From NCBI GenBank assembly GCA_963736115.1, contig CAVTNR010000030.1, forward strand, positions 32,001 through 96,000: DNA of 64,000 nucleotides. The letters run 5' to 3'. This stretch comes from an uncultured bacterium. GTDB lineage: Bacteria; Zhuqueibacterota; QNDG01; DTFT01. Positions 1 to 10,223 of this stretch are shown here, one piece after another (position 1 is the first letter of the stretch; the number at the start of each line of letters is the position of its first letter). Position numbers and translations under genes: made by a program. The notes below the pieces were generated by a model. The model saw nothing but the letters and a program-made list of their open reading frames with translations. It had not been told where the DNA came from and searched no databases.

Positions 1-4
1 CAGA

Positions 5-823
5 ATGGCGGATGTCATCCGCAGTCTGGTGAAGTCCGCGGGGAAAATCCCGATCCGGGGCGCGGGCATCGGGTGCCCGGGCCAGATCAATGTCAAGCGG
101 GGGATATACCACCAGGGTCCGAATTTTCCGGGTTGGGACGGCGTGCCGATCGTATTCGAGCTTGAAAAACGGGTGGGGATTCCGATCGTCATCGACAATG
201 ATGCCAATCTGGCGGCGCTCGGGGAATACGCCTACGGAGGCGGAAAAGGCGTGGCCGGCATGATTCTCGTCACGCTGGGCACGGGCGTCGGCGGCGGCAT
301 CATTCTGGACGGAGCGCTGTTTCATGGGATCTCGGACGCGGCCGGTGAAATCGGCCACACGTCGATTCACATGCAAGGCCCCGTCTGCGCCTGCGGCCGC
401 AGGGGATGCCTGGAAGCCTATGTGGGAACGAAAGGCATTCTGAGCCGGATGAAGCAGAAGCTCGCGGATGGTTCGAAATCCGTCCTGTCCGGCAAGCCCT
501 CGGATACAATCACGCCCAAGGACATCGGCATGGCCGCGGCCGGAGGCGACGCCCCGGCGGTCGAAGTGCTTCGGGAGACGGGCGACATCCTGGGATTCGG
601 TCTCGCCAATCTCGCCAATCTGCTGAACGTCGAGAAAATCGTCGTGGGCGGCGGCATCGCGAACGCGGGCGACTTCATTCTGAAGCCGGCCCAGGCCGCT
701 TTGGACCGCGAGGCGCTTCCGGTCGTGCGCGAAGTGTGCCGCGTTGTGAAAGCCGAACTCGGCAATTCCGCCGGTCTCGTGGGCGCGGCCCGCGCCGCGA
801 TGATCGCTTTTTCCAACACCTGA
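5..823 (+). CDS. ROK-family sugar kinase (glucokinase-like), 5'-truncated by the window edge
   Basis: Motifs GIGCPG, DNDANLAALGE, GTGVGGG, GEIGH and the Zn-binding CACGRRGCLE. The N-terminal DxGGT ATP-binding motif is absent and the frame is open to the window start. Confidence 0.92.
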   Translation: MADVIRSLVKSAGKIPIRGAGIGCPGQINVKRGIYHQGPNFPGWDGVPIVFELEKRVGIPIVIDNDANLAALGEYAYGGGKGVAGMILVTLGTGVGGGIILDGALFHGISDAAGEIGHTSIHMQGPVCACGRRGCLEAYVGTKGILSRMKQKLADGSKSVLSGKPSDTITPKDIGMAAAGGDAPAVEVLRETGDILGFGLANLANLLNVEKIVVGGGIANAGDFILKPAQAALDREALPVVREVCRVVKAELGNSAGLVGAARAAMIAFSNT

Positions 824-835
824 TTTGACCGTCCA

Positions 836-3457
836 GTGGAAAGCCTGAGCGGAAATCGTCTTTTGCAGTTTCTGTTCCTGCTTCTCTGGCTTCCGGCTGT
901 AACGTCCGGGCAGACGGCCGCCCCCGCAAACACCGACACCACGGTTCAGAAAGTCAAGCCCCTCCGGGAATCGAAGAGCCTGGAGGGGCCTGTTCATTAT
1001 GAAGCCGGCCGCATCCTCCACCGGATGGATTCCAAGACCACGCTTTTAACCGGGAACGCCCGGGTCGCGTATCAGAGCATGAAGCTCCGCGCGGCCCGGA
1101 TCACCGTGGACTGGGACCGGCGCACGCTGCTGGCCGAAGGCATGCCCGATTCGGTCTGGGTGAAGACGGAGTCGGGGGATTCCGTGAAGGCGCTCCGCCT
1201 GACCGGGTTCCCGGAATTCGAGGAGTCCGGGGACGTCATGCGGGGAGAGGTCATGACCTATGACTTCGAATCGCGGCGGGGCCGCGTGCTGAGGGGCCGG
1301 ACGAATTTCGAGGACGGGTTCTATCACGGCGAAGCCCTGAAGATGATGAACGCGAAGAACATCAACGTCAGCGGCGGCAGTTTCACCACCTGCGACCGGG
1401 ACACGGCTCCCCATTTCCGTTTCTGGTCGAAACAGATGAAAATTCTCGTGAACGACAAGGTCATTGCCAGGCCCGTCGTGCTCTATGCCGGCCGCATACC
1501 CGTGATGGCCCTGCCGTTCGCGCTCTTCCCGATCAAAAAGGGACGCCATTCGGGGTTTCTGATTCCGCGGTACGGGGAAAGCACGCTCGAGGGCCGGTAC
1601 CTCAGGCGGATCGGATATTACTGGGCCCCGAACGAGTATCTGGACGTTTCGCCCACGTTCGATTTTTTCGAGAAGAGCGGCTTTCTGTTCGGCGCGGATT
1701 TGAATTACCAGGTCCGGTACAAGCTCAGCGGATCGGTTTCAGGCTCCTGGACGCGGAAGGATTTCGAGGCGTCGGGGACGACGGAAAGGCGCTGGGACCT
1801 CAGCATGCGGCACCGCCAGCAGATTTCGCAGTCGACCGAGCTGAACGTCAGCGGCAATCTGGTCAGTTCCGGCACCTTCTACAAGGAGATGAGCCTCAGC
1901 CGCGAGAGAAGGCTGCAGCAGGAGATACGGTCGAACGCCACGCTGACCCAGCGGCTGGGCGGAAAATGGAGCCTGGCCGTCAACCTGAACCAGACGAAAA
2001 ACCTGAGCACGCAGAACGTCACGGAAAGTCTGCCGCAGATCACGCTCCGGAGCGGGCAGTCGTCTCTCTTTCCGGTTTCGAAGGACGGCAAGCGCCGCGG
2101 CGAGAGCGCCTGGTACAACCAGATTTACTGGTCGTATTCCTCCACGGGCCTGTCCCGCCGCATCAAGCGAAAGTCGGGCAACGAAGAGGGCGTATTCACG
2201 GACAGGCGCAGGAGCGGCTGGGACCACACCCTCCGGCTGTCGAGCGCCCAGAAACTGCTCGGCTGGATCAACTGGAATCCTTCCCTGAATTACCGCGAAA
2301 CCTGGTACGACCGGAGCTTCACGATCGACGGGTTCGATGCGAACGGCAAAGCCGTGTCGTCCGCGGAGGCCGGATTTCATTCGAGACGTATTTTCGACGC
2401 GTCCGCCAATTTCGGGACCAAGGTGACCGGTATTTTCTATCCCAAGCTCTTCAAGTCCGTTTCGATCCGCCACGTGGCCCAGCCCAGCGTGGGCCTGTCG
2501 TATCAGCCCGATTTTTCCGACGCACAATACGGGTATTTCCAGAATGTCACGGATTCGACCGGAACCATCAAGTCCTACGACCGCTTTGAGAACACGGACT
2601 GGTTCGGGAGCTCGCTGTTTTCCGGGACGCCCCGCGAGGGCCGCAAGGGCCTCACCTACGGGCTCCAGAATCTGTTTCAGATGAAGGTGGGCGAAGGCGA
2701 CAAGGCCAGAAAGCTGGATCTGTTCAACGCCGATTTTTCAGGCGCCTACAACTGGAAGGCGAAAGAATACAAGTTCAGCGACCTGTCGGCCGTTTTCCGC
2801 GCGAGTCCCGGATCCGCATTGAATATGAGCCTCTCTTCCAGGTACACGTTTTACCGGAACGATGAAACCGGCAACCGGGTGAGCGAACTCTACATGGACG
2901 GCATCGACTGGCGCGACTGGAAAAGCGTGTTCGGATCGCGGTGGCTTAGGCGGACCAACCTGTCCGCGGACATCGGGTTCCGCTTTTCCGGAAAGGCGGG
3001 ATCCGGAGCCGCGGCCGCGGACTCGTCGTCTCCTTTCGGCGGGGACGGCTCCGGGTGGCAGCCCAGATCCGCGCCCAACAGCCGGCTCGACGACGAACCG
3101 GGCGGACCCATGGACATGGCCATCCCCTGGAGCCTGAACGCGTCCCTTGCCTACAGCGATAACCGGTCCAATCCGGTCAAACCGGACAGGACATTCTGGA
3201 TACGCAATTCCGTGGACTTCAATCTCACCCGGAACTGGAAGGTGTCCTATTCCAATCAGGTGGATGTCGAGCTGAAAAAAGCGGTCAGCCAGGATATCAG
3301 CCTGTACCGCGACCTGCATTGCTGGGAAGCCCAGATTCTGTGGACGCCGACCGGATACAACAAGCGGCTGTATTTCCGCGTCAACATCAAGTCGCCCATG
3401 CTCAAGGAGCTGAAGATCGAGAAGGGAACCGGGAGCCGGGGGCTGTACGGATACTAA
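836..3457 (+). CDS. lptD: Putative LPS-assembly outer-membrane protein, LptD/OstA-like
   Basis: Signal peptide, OstA-like N-terminal region (LTGNARVAY, FTTCD...PHF), GFLIPRYG motif, beta-strand-rich barrel and C-terminal YRDLHCWE motif typical of FCB-type LptD. Confidence 0.8.
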   Translation: MESLSGNRLLQFLFLLLWLPAVTSGQTAAPANTDTTVQKVKPLRESKSLEGPVHYEAGRILHRMDSKTTLLTGNARVAYQSMKLRAARITVDWDRRTLLAEGMPDSVWVKTESGDSVKALRLTGFPEFEESGDVMRGEVMTYDFESRRGRVLRGRTNFEDGFYHGEALKMMNAKNINVSGGSFTTCDRDTAPHFRFWSKQMKILVNDKVIARPVVLYAGRIPVMALPFALFPIKKGRHSGFLIPRYGESTLEGRYLRRIGYYWAPNEYLDVSPTFDFFEKSGFLFGADLNYQVRYKLSGSVSGSWTRKDFEASGTTERRWDLSMRHRQQISQSTELNVSGNLVSSGTFYKEMSLSRERRLQQEIRSNATLTQRLGGKWSLAVNLNQTKNLSTQNVTESLPQITLRSGQSSLFPVSKDGKRRGESAWYNQIYWSYSSTGLSRRIKRKSGNEEGVFTDRRRSGWDHTLRLSSAQKLLGWINWNPSLNYRETWYDRSFTIDGFDANGKAVSSAEAGFHSRRIFDASANFGTKVTGIFYPKLFKSVSIRHVAQPSVGLSYQPDFSDAQYGYFQNVTDSTGTIKSYDRFENTDWFGSSLFSGTPREGRKGLTYGLQNLFQMKVGEGDKARKLDLFNADFSGAYNWKAKEYKFSDLSAVFRASPGSALNMSLSSRYTFYRNDETGNRVSELYMDGIDWRDWKSVFGSRWLRRTNLSADIGFRFSGKAGSGAAAADSSSPFGGDGSGWQPRSAPNSRLDDEPGGPMDMAIPWSLNASLAYSDNRSNPVKPDRTFWIRNSVDFNLTRNWKVSYSNQVDVELKKAVSQDISLYRDLHCWEAQILWTPTGYNKRLYFRVNIKSPMLKELKIEKGTGSRGLYGY

Positions 3458-3459
3458 AA

Positions 3460-3487
3460 GTTCATGGTTCATAGTTCATTGTTCATA
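3460..3487 (+). repeat. Heptamer tandem array (GTTCATN)x4
   Basis: GTTCATG GTTCATA GTTCATT GTTCATA directly after the lptD stop codon. Confidence 0.9.
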
Positions 3488-3529
3488 GAAAAAGCCGGTT
3501 TCGGGTTAAAAATTCATGTCGGATAGCAG

Positions 3530-3743
3530 GTAGCCGCAACCTTTAGGCTGCGCTTGAAGATAGTTCCGGGTTCCGGGTTGAAAAACGTTTGCACGTTTAC
3601 ACGTGCGAACGTTCTAACGTTTTCATGTTTCAGGGCATCCGCGAACAATATATATTATTATATGGTTTGATATCCTTTAACCCGGAACTCGGAACCCGGA
3701 ACCCAGAACGATTATAACGCGCAGCCTGAAGGGCTGCGGCCAC
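3530..3743. repeat. Inverted pair of GTAG-type REP-like palindromes enclosing heptamer and octamer arrays
   Basis: GTAGCCGCAACCTTTAGGCTGCGC at 3530-3553 and a related reverse copy at 3719-3743. Inside: GTTCCGG x2 (3563), an 8-bp-period ACGTT array (about 3583-3630) and AACCCGG-type x4 (3679-3709). Confidence 0.8.
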
Positions 3744-3788
3744 CTTGATTCCTTCGCAATGTGTTTCCATACTCCAGGGAGGTGTCCG

Positions 3789-6700
3789 ATGAAACGCCTG
3801 CGATTCCTGCCCGTTCCAGCCGTCCTGATCCTCGTTCTTCTTCTTTCCGCCTGCGGAGACACAGGGCCGGCCATACCGGATTCCATGGCAATGCCGGAAG
3901 CAGCGGCGCGCGTGGTCGCCGAAGCCACGGCCGGCCTGGTCCCGGTGAACGGCGCAATCCGCGTCCGGTTCGCGGAGCCTGTTGCGGATCCGTCCATGAT
4001 TTCCCCGGATCCGTCCAATCCCAGGCCTCTGGCCGGGGGACTCTTCAGATTCGAGCCGAAAATCAAGGGCGTTGCTTTCTGGCTGGACGATCGGACCCTG
4101 GTTTTCAGGCCGGCCAAAGATCTTGAGGCCGGGACAAAATACAGGGGGGGTCTGGACCTGTCACGCGTGATCGCACGCAAGGACGGAGATCCACTCCCGG
4201 TCCTGCCGCTTCAATTCACGGCCGCGGCCCTGGCCATGGCGGCATTCGACGGCGATTTCGAGCTGGTGGACGGAAATGATCCCAAAAAGCTGGTCTACAG
4301 CGGATCCGTGACATTCACCCAGCCCGTGCCGCTGAAGGATATCACCGAAGCTGTTTCCGTGCTGGTGAATGACCGGAAATGGGACGTATCCCTCGAATCC
4401 GACGGATCGGGAGCCAAATACCGGTTCCGGACCGCGGTCATTCCCAGGGACGACACGCAGAAAACGCTGTTGTTCCGGATACCGGCCGGGAAGCTCGGAC
4501 TGGCCGAGGACATGCAGAAAAGCGCCTTTCTTCCGCCGCTCACGGACATGGAAGTGACGGAGGTGAGCGCGGCCGCAGGGTCGAAGGAAACCGCGATCAC
4601 GATCCGGTTTTCCGACGAGCTTGATGCGCGACGGTCCATCGGCGACCGGATCGCCTTGGAGCCGGCCGGTGATTTCGTTTTCGCGGTCGAGGGCCGGGAG
4701 GTGACGGTAACGGGCCCGTTCGATTTCGGAAAGCCGTATGTCGTCATCGTAGCCAAGGGCATACGCGGCAAATGGGGCACATCCACCCGAGCCGAAACCC
4801 GGCATACGGTCACGGTCGAGGACCTGAAACCCGAAATCCGGTTTACGAGCGAAGGCGTATATGTCGCTTCATCCGCGGGCCGGAAAATCCGCTTTGAAAC
4901 CGTGAATGTGAGGCGGGTCCGGCTGAAAATCGTCCGGGTGTTCGAGAACAATCTCGGGCAGTTCCTGCAGATGAAAAAGCTGGCCGGCCGCACGGGCTCG
5001 GAGGATTGGGATTATGAGGGCGGATACGTCCCCGGCGGCATGGAGCGCGTCGGCGTCGACGTTGCGAACGACACGCTGGAGATCGGGGACAGGCGGAATG
5101 CGAGGCTCCTGCACGAGCTTGATCTGAACCGGATCGTCAAGAAGGAGGACCGGGGCCTGTACCTGATCCGCCTGAGTTTCGAACGGAAAGACATGCTGTA
5201 CAAGGATATCGGCGAATCACCCGAGCGCGGGGGTTATTATTCCGGAGAAGCCGAGGATCCGGGGTCCTGGTATTATCTCTACAATCACGGCACGATTGAA
5301 AAGCCGGTTGTTTTCAGCGACATCGGCCTGACCTGCAAGAAAGCCGGTGCGCGATACTGGGTCATGGCCACGAACCTATTGACCGCGGAACCGATGTCCG
5401 GCGTGGCTGTGACGTTACGCACCTATCAGAACCAGATCGCGGGACAGGCGGAAACGAACGGATCCGGAATCGCCGACCTGCCGGCTGTTCAGGGAGACAT
5501 TTTCTACGTGGCGGCCGAGAAGGACGGGCACAGGAGCGCGGTCAAGCCGTCCGAGATGGGCTGGGCCCTGTCCGGTTTCGACACCGGCGGAGAGGAGGCC
5601 GCTCCGGACGGTATCCGCGCGTTCATCTATTCCGAGCGGGGCGTCCACCGGCCCGGCGATACGGTGTACCTCGGATGCATTTTGCGCAACCCGGACGGCA
5701 CTTTTCCGGACCGGCATCCCGTGACGCTCAAAGTGTTCAATCCGCGGAATCAGCTCGCGGTTCAGGAAACATCCAAGGACGGAGTTGACGGATTTACGAG
5801 TTTCAGGTTCTCCACGAACGCAGACGATCCCACCGGCCGCTGGATCGCGCGGTTCCAGGCCGGAGGCCGTTCATTCGAATACGGTCTCAGAATCGAGACC
5901 GTGGTCCCGTACACCCTGAAGATCGGCCTGACTTCAGACAGAAAAAAGGCCGGCCCCGCGGACAAGACCTGTTCATTCTCTCTGTCCGCGGATTACCTGT
6001 TCGGCGCGCCAGCGGCCGGACTTGAAGCGTCCCTGGAAGTGCTTCTCAGAAAAAGAAATATGTCTTTCAAGTCCTTCCCCGCATTCCGTTTCGACAATCC
6101 TGTACTTGAAACCCGTTACGATGCGGAGAATGTGTACAGCGGAGCGACAGACGGCCAGGGCAAGACGCGGACCGTGTGGGAAATGCCTTCCCTGAGAGGC
6201 GCCGCCTCCGCGCTCGAGGCGGTCGTGACGGCGCGGGTGATCGAAAAGGGCGGCCGGCCGAACGGCGCGGTTCTGGTTCTGCCGGTCGATCCGTATCCGC
6301 GGTACGTCGGCATCCGGCCGGCGGACCAGGCAGATTGGACGAGGACCGGCGCGCCGCTCGAGCTCCCGGTTGTTCTGGTCGACTCGGAAGGCAATCCCGC
6401 GGCCGGCCGGACTTTGAACGTCCGGGTGTTCCTGAACCGCCAGCACTGGTGGTGGGAATACGAGGATGAATCCGATTCGAGGCTCCGCTTCAAGGCCGAT
6501 CGTGAAACGCGCCTGGTCCATCAGACGGTTCTGGCTTCGGCTGAAAAGCCGGTCCCGCTGTCCTATACGCCGGACGCGCCGGGCCAGTATTTCGTCGAGA
6601 TCCAGGACGGCCGGGACGGGCATACCGCTGGGTTTTTCTTTTCCGCGACCGCCTGGGGCGAGATTCCGGCGGGAGCGGAAGGGCCGGATCTGCTGACGCT

Positions 6701-9338
6701 GAAAACGGACAGGAACGAATACCAGCCGGGAGACAAGGCCGAGATCCGTTTCCCGTCGCCCCGCTCCGGAACGATACTGGTCACGGTGGAGAAGGGCAGG
6801 GACATTCTCTCCTTCCAGCGGGTGGACCCGCCGAAAAAAGGGGAATGGGCCAGCGTCACGGTGCCGGTCACCGAGCGCATGCTGCCGAACGCCTATGTTT
6901 CGGTTTCCGTCATTCAGCCGCTCGGGAAAACGGAGAACGACCGGCCGATCCGGATGTACGGAGTCGTTCCCATATCCGTGACCGATCCGAAAACGCGGCA
7001 GATGGTTTTACTCACCGTTCCTGAAAAATACGAACCTGAGAAAAAGGGATGGGCGGAACTGCGCACCGAAGACGGAAAGCCCGCGCAGTTCACCCTGGCC
7101 GTGGTGGACGAGGGACTGCTCGATCTCACGCGTTTTGAAACGCCGGACCCCTGGAAGGCTTTTCACCGCAAGGAGCGGCTCGGCGTCGGCACGTACGACC
7201 TGTTCGGCCGGGTCGCGGGCGCGAATCGCGGCGATGTGTTCCGGACCTTCGCGGTCGGAGGCGGGCTGGACGAAGAATACCGGCAGTCCCAGCTCGGAGA
7301 CGTGAAAGCGAAGCGGTTCAAGCCAGTGGTGTTCTTCGCGGGTCCGTTGAAAACGGACAAGAAAGGATTCGCGAGGGTCGAATTCGACATGCCGAATTAT
7401 GTGGGATCCGTGCGCGTGATGGCCGTGACCGCGGCCGGTCCGCGCTACGGCTCCGCGGAGAAGGCCGTAGCCGTGAAGAGCGGGCTCATGGCCGCGGTCT
7501 CCCTGCCGCGGGTTCTCTCGCCGAACGACCGGGTCCGGCTTCCGGTGACGGTGTTCGCCATGGAACCGGACGTCGCCGACGTGGAGGTGACCGTGAAAAC
7601 CCAGGGACCGGTCCGGATCATCGGAGGCGGATCCAGACGGCTGTCCTTCAGCGGGGAGGGGGAGAAGGACGCGATGTTTGAGCTGGCCGTGGATCCGGCC
7701 GTGGGAAAGGCGGTTGTCACCGTTCAGGCGTCCGGCGGCCGGCACCGGGCTTCTTCCGAAACCGAAATCGCGGTGCGGTCGGCTTCGCCGAGAATTTACG
7801 AAACGCAGGTCCGCGAGATACAGCCGGGTGGAAGCGTTTCCCTTCCGGTTCCGGACCGCGGCGTGGCAGGCACCAACCGGGCGAAGGTGACGGTGTGGCG
7901 GCGCCAGCCCGTGCGGCTCGGCGAAAGACTGCAGTGGCTCCTCGATTATCCATACGGATGCCTGGAGCAGACGGTTTCAGCTGTTTTTCCCCAGCTCTAT
8001 CTCAAGGACATTCTGGCCGAGGGCGCGGTCAATCCCGCGGAGATCGACCGGAACATCAATGACGCCATCACCCGCCTCGGCAAGTTTCAGCTTGCGTCCG
8101 GCGCCTTCACCTACTGGCCCGGGGCAGGCGAGCCCGCGGTCTGGGCCACGGATTACACGGGTCGTTTTCTGGTGGAGGCGAAGAAACTCGGATACGCGGT
8201 GCCGGACGACCTGTACCGTAAATGGCTGTCCTGGGAGAAGAAGCGGGCCCAGGTTCACGCGGAGCCGGCCTTTATTCAGATACACAGGCTGTATCTTCTC
8301 GCTCTGGCCGGAGAGCCGCAGATCGGGGCCATGAACGCGGTGCGCGAGGACAGCCTGGCGGTTCTGAACGACGCGGCCCGCTGGATGCTCGCGGCTGCCT
8401 ATCAGCTCGGCGGCGCGGAAAAGACAGGGCAGGAGATACTCGGGACCGCGGCTACGCGGACGCCTGGGGCCAGCCGGTCCCGTTTCCACTGGGGTTTCAC
8501 GTACGGGTCTGAATTGCGGGATCGGGCGCTGATTCTCGAGCAGGCTGTCGCCTTCGGTCGATGGAACGAGGCCAACGGCATCATCGACGAATTCACCCGG
8601 CTTCTGAACACGGACGAGTGGTTCTCAACCCAGACGCTCGGGACCATGCTGCTCGCCATGGGCAAGGCCTTCCGGAGCGACAAGTCCGGGGGCACGCCCG
8701 TGCTCGCCGGTTCGATCCGCCTGCCGGACGGCACGGTGCGGAAATTCAAGACCGAAAACTTCAGCTTTTCCGCCGAGGTGGAATCCGGTTTCGGAAAGAC
8801 CGCCGAGGTCCGGCTGGACGCGTCATCGAAAGTGAATCGGGCTTTCGCGGAAATGTCCTGGAACGGCGTGCCGCTGGTTCCCGACATTTCGCCTCTTTCC
8901 CGCAATCTGACTCTGAACGTGGAGTGGCGCGGAGAAGACGGCGGGTTTCTGAACCCGTCCGATCTCAGACAGGGCACGGCGTTCTGGGGGGTTTTCCGCG
9001 TTCAGCCTTCGGAAACGCACTATCAGGTCATCGAGAACACGGCGCTCACCCAGGTGCTCCCGTCCGGATGGGAGATTGAAAACCTGCGGGTGACGGGTGA
9101 GGATCTTCCGGCCTGGGCTTCGGACCTGCCCTCCAATGAGGCCGCATTCACGGACATCCGGGACGACCGGATCATGTGGTTCTTCGATCTGCGGAACAAG
9201 CCCCAGGGTTTTCTCGTCAAGATCAACGCTGTATCGGCCGGCGCATACGATCTGGCGCCCGCGCTGTGCGAGGCCATGTACGACAGCCATTACCAGGCGC
9301 GCACGGGCGGCGGAAAGGTGCGTGTGGAGGCCCGGTGA
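3789..9338 (+). CDS. Bacterial alpha-2-macroglobulin (YfhM-like) lipoprotein
   Basis: GGAGGT RBS before ATG 3789, lipobox LLLSAC, MG2 motif YSERGVHRPGD, LAVVDEG, thioester motif YPYGCLEQ, C-terminal DIRDDR. pbpC lies downstream. Confidence 0.95.
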   Translation: MKRLRFLPVPAVLILVLLLSACGDTGPAIPDSMAMPEAAARVVAEATAGLVPVNGAIRVRFAEPVADPSMISPDPSNPRPLAGGLFRFEPKIKGVAFWLDDRTLVFRPAKDLEAGTKYRGGLDLSRVIARKDGDPLPVLPLQFTAAALAMAAFDGDFELVDGNDPKKLVYSGSVTFTQPVPLKDITEAVSVLVNDRKWDVSLESDGSGAKYRFRTAVIPRDDTQKTLLFRIPAGKLGLAEDMQKSAFLPPLTDMEVTEVSAAAGSKETAITIRFSDELDARRSIGDRIALEPAGDFVFAVEGREVTVTGPFDFGKPYVVIVAKGIRGKWGTSTRAETRHTVTVEDLKPEIRFTSEGVYVASSAGRKIRFETVNVRRVRLKIVRVFENNLGQFLQMKKLAGRTGSEDWDYEGGYVPGGMERVGVDVANDTLEIGDRRNARLLHELDLNRIVKKEDRGLYLIRLSFERKDMLYKDIGESPERGGYYSGEAEDPGSWYYLYNHGTIEKPVVFSDIGLTCKKAGARYWVMATNLLTAEPMSGVAVTLRTYQNQIAGQAETNGSGIADLPAVQGDIFYVAAEKDGHRSAVKPSEMGWALSGFDTGGEEAAPDGIRAFIYSERGVHRPGDTVYLGCILRNPDGTFPDRHPVTLKVFNPRNQLAVQETSKDGVDGFTSFRFSTNADDPTGRWIARFQAGGRSFEYGLRIETVVPYTLKIGLTSDRKKAGPADKTCSFSLSADYLFGAPAAGLEASLEVLLRKRNMSFKSFPAFRFDNPVLETRYDAENVYSGATDGQGKTRTVWEMPSLRGAASALEAVVTARVIEKGGRPNGAVLVLPVDPYPRYVGIRPADQADWTRTGAPLELPVVLVDSEGNPAAGRTLNVRVFLNRQHWWWEYEDESDSRLRFKADRETRLVHQTVLASAEKPVPLSYTPDAPGQYFVEIQDGRDGHTAGFFFSATAWGEIPAGAEGPDLLTLKTDRNEYQPGDKAEIRFPSPRSGTILVTVEKGRDILSFQRVDPPKKGEWASVTVPVTERMLPNAYVSVSVIQPLGKTENDRPIRMYGVVPISVTDPKTRQMVLLTVPEKYEPEKKGWAELRTEDGKPAQFTLAVVDEGLLDLTRFETPDPWKAFHRKERLGVGTYDLFGRVAGANRGDVFRTFAVGGGLDEEYRQSQLGDVKAKRFKPVVFFAGPLKTDKKGFARVEFDMPNYVGSVRVMAVTAAGPRYGSAEKAVAVKSGLMAAVSLPRVLSPNDRVRLPVTVFAMEPDVADVEVTVKTQGPVRIIGGGSRRLSFSGEGEKDAMFELAVDPAVGKAVVTVQASGGRHRASSETEIAVRSASPRIYETQVREIQPGGSVSLPVPDRGVAGTNRAKVTVWRRQPVRLGERLQWLLDYPYGCLEQTVSAVFPQLYLKDILAEGAVNPAEIDRNINDAITRLGKFQLASGAFTYWPGAGEPAVWATDYTGRFLVEAKKLGYAVPDDLYRKWLSWEKKRAQVHAEPAFIQIHRLYLLALAGEPQIGAMNAVREDSLAVLNDAARWMLAAAYQLGGAEKTGQEILGTAATRTPGASRSRFHWGFTYGSELRDRALILEQAVAFGRWNEANGIIDEFTRLLNTDEWFSTQTLGTMLLAMGKAFRSDKSGGTPVLAGSIRLPDGTVRKFKTENFSFSAEVESGFGKTAEVRLDASSKVNRAFAEMSWNGVPLVPDISPLSRNLTLNVEWRGEDGGFLNPSDLRQGTAFWGVFRVQPSETHYQVIENTALTQVLPSGWEIENLRVTGEDLPAWASDLPSNEAAFTDIRDDRIMWFFDLRNKPQGFLVKINAVSAGAYDLAPALCEAMYDSHYQARTGGGKVRVEAR

Positions 9339-9387
9339 ACATGTTTCGTTGCGTCGTCCTTGAGGGAGGACCGGGCGCATGTTCTTT

Positions 9388-9413
9388 GTAGGGGCGACGC
9401 GCTGCGTCGTCCT
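9388..9413 (+). repeat. GTAG-type REP-like palindrome (GGGCGACGC family)
   Basis: GTAGGGGCGACGC-GCT-GCGTCGTCCT. Same palindrome as the copies at 18051 and 18127. Confidence 0.8.
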
Positions 9414-9434
9414 TGCGAAAACGGGGAATTGAAC

Positions 9435-10214
9435 ATGAAAAATCCGATGTTATTTCTGTGTGTGATCGTTCTGTTCGCCGGCGTCACAGCAAGTCGGGCC
9501 GATTCCCCCAGGTTTGAATTCAACCGCCTGACCGACCGAGTTTGTATTTTAACCCACGGGCCATGGGCTGAGACCATGACCGTGGTGGATGCGGACACCT
9601 GCCTGGTCGTCGTGGACACATGGGGGTCCCTTTCCGCGGCCAGGGAAGCCGCCTCGTTCATCGACAGTCTGTACCGCAAGCCCGTGCGGTTCGTGATCAA
9701 CACCCATCACCACTGGGACCACACCTTCGGCAATGCGGCTTTTCCTGCCGCCGAAGTCGTGGGTCACCGGTTCTGCGGACCGGACATGCTGGAGGATTAC
9801 CGGGATCGGGATGTCCGGAAACATTATTTTATCGGCAACGCGGCAACGACTCCGCCCCTTTCGCTGAAAGACTATATCGCCGGGGTCGGCGTGGAGTCGG
9901 CCGACTCCGCTTTCGTCCTCGTTCCGCCTGTCCGTTCCTCCGGCGATCGGGACACGCTGTCCGCGGGGGATCTGACATTCATTCTTTACCATACACCTGG
10001 CATCCATACCCGGAGCAATCTGACGATATTTGTCCCTGAGCTGGGAATCGTTATCGGACGCAGTGAATTGATGGACCGTGTGAACATGAAGCTGGAACCC
10101 GGCGCGGACCCGGCTGTCATCGAACGCGTTCTGGAGGACATTCGTTTCTCCGGGAAACCAATCCGCTTTCTCATCCCCGGGCACGGCCAGGCGATTGCGG
10201 ATCCGGCTCTATAA
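9435..10214 (+). CDS. Exported metallo-beta-lactamase-fold hydrolase
   Basis: Signal peptide from ATG 9435 (MKNPMLFLCVIVLFAG), LVVVDT, HxHxDH motif (THHHWDH), TPGIHT and IPGHG. Confidence 0.88.
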   Translation: MKNPMLFLCVIVLFAGVTASRADSPRFEFNRLTDRVCILTHGPWAETMTVVDADTCLVVVDTWGSLSAAREAASFIDSLYRKPVRFVINTHHHWDHTFGNAAFPAAEVVGHRFCGPDMLEDYRDRDVRKHYFIGNAATTPPLSLKDYIAGVGVESADSAFVLVPPVRSSGDRDTLSAGDLTFILYHTPGIHTRSNLTIFVPELGIVIGRSELMDRVNMKLEPGADPAVIERVLEDIRFSGKPIRFLIPGHGQAIADPAL

Positions 10215-10223
10215 CGCATTCAA

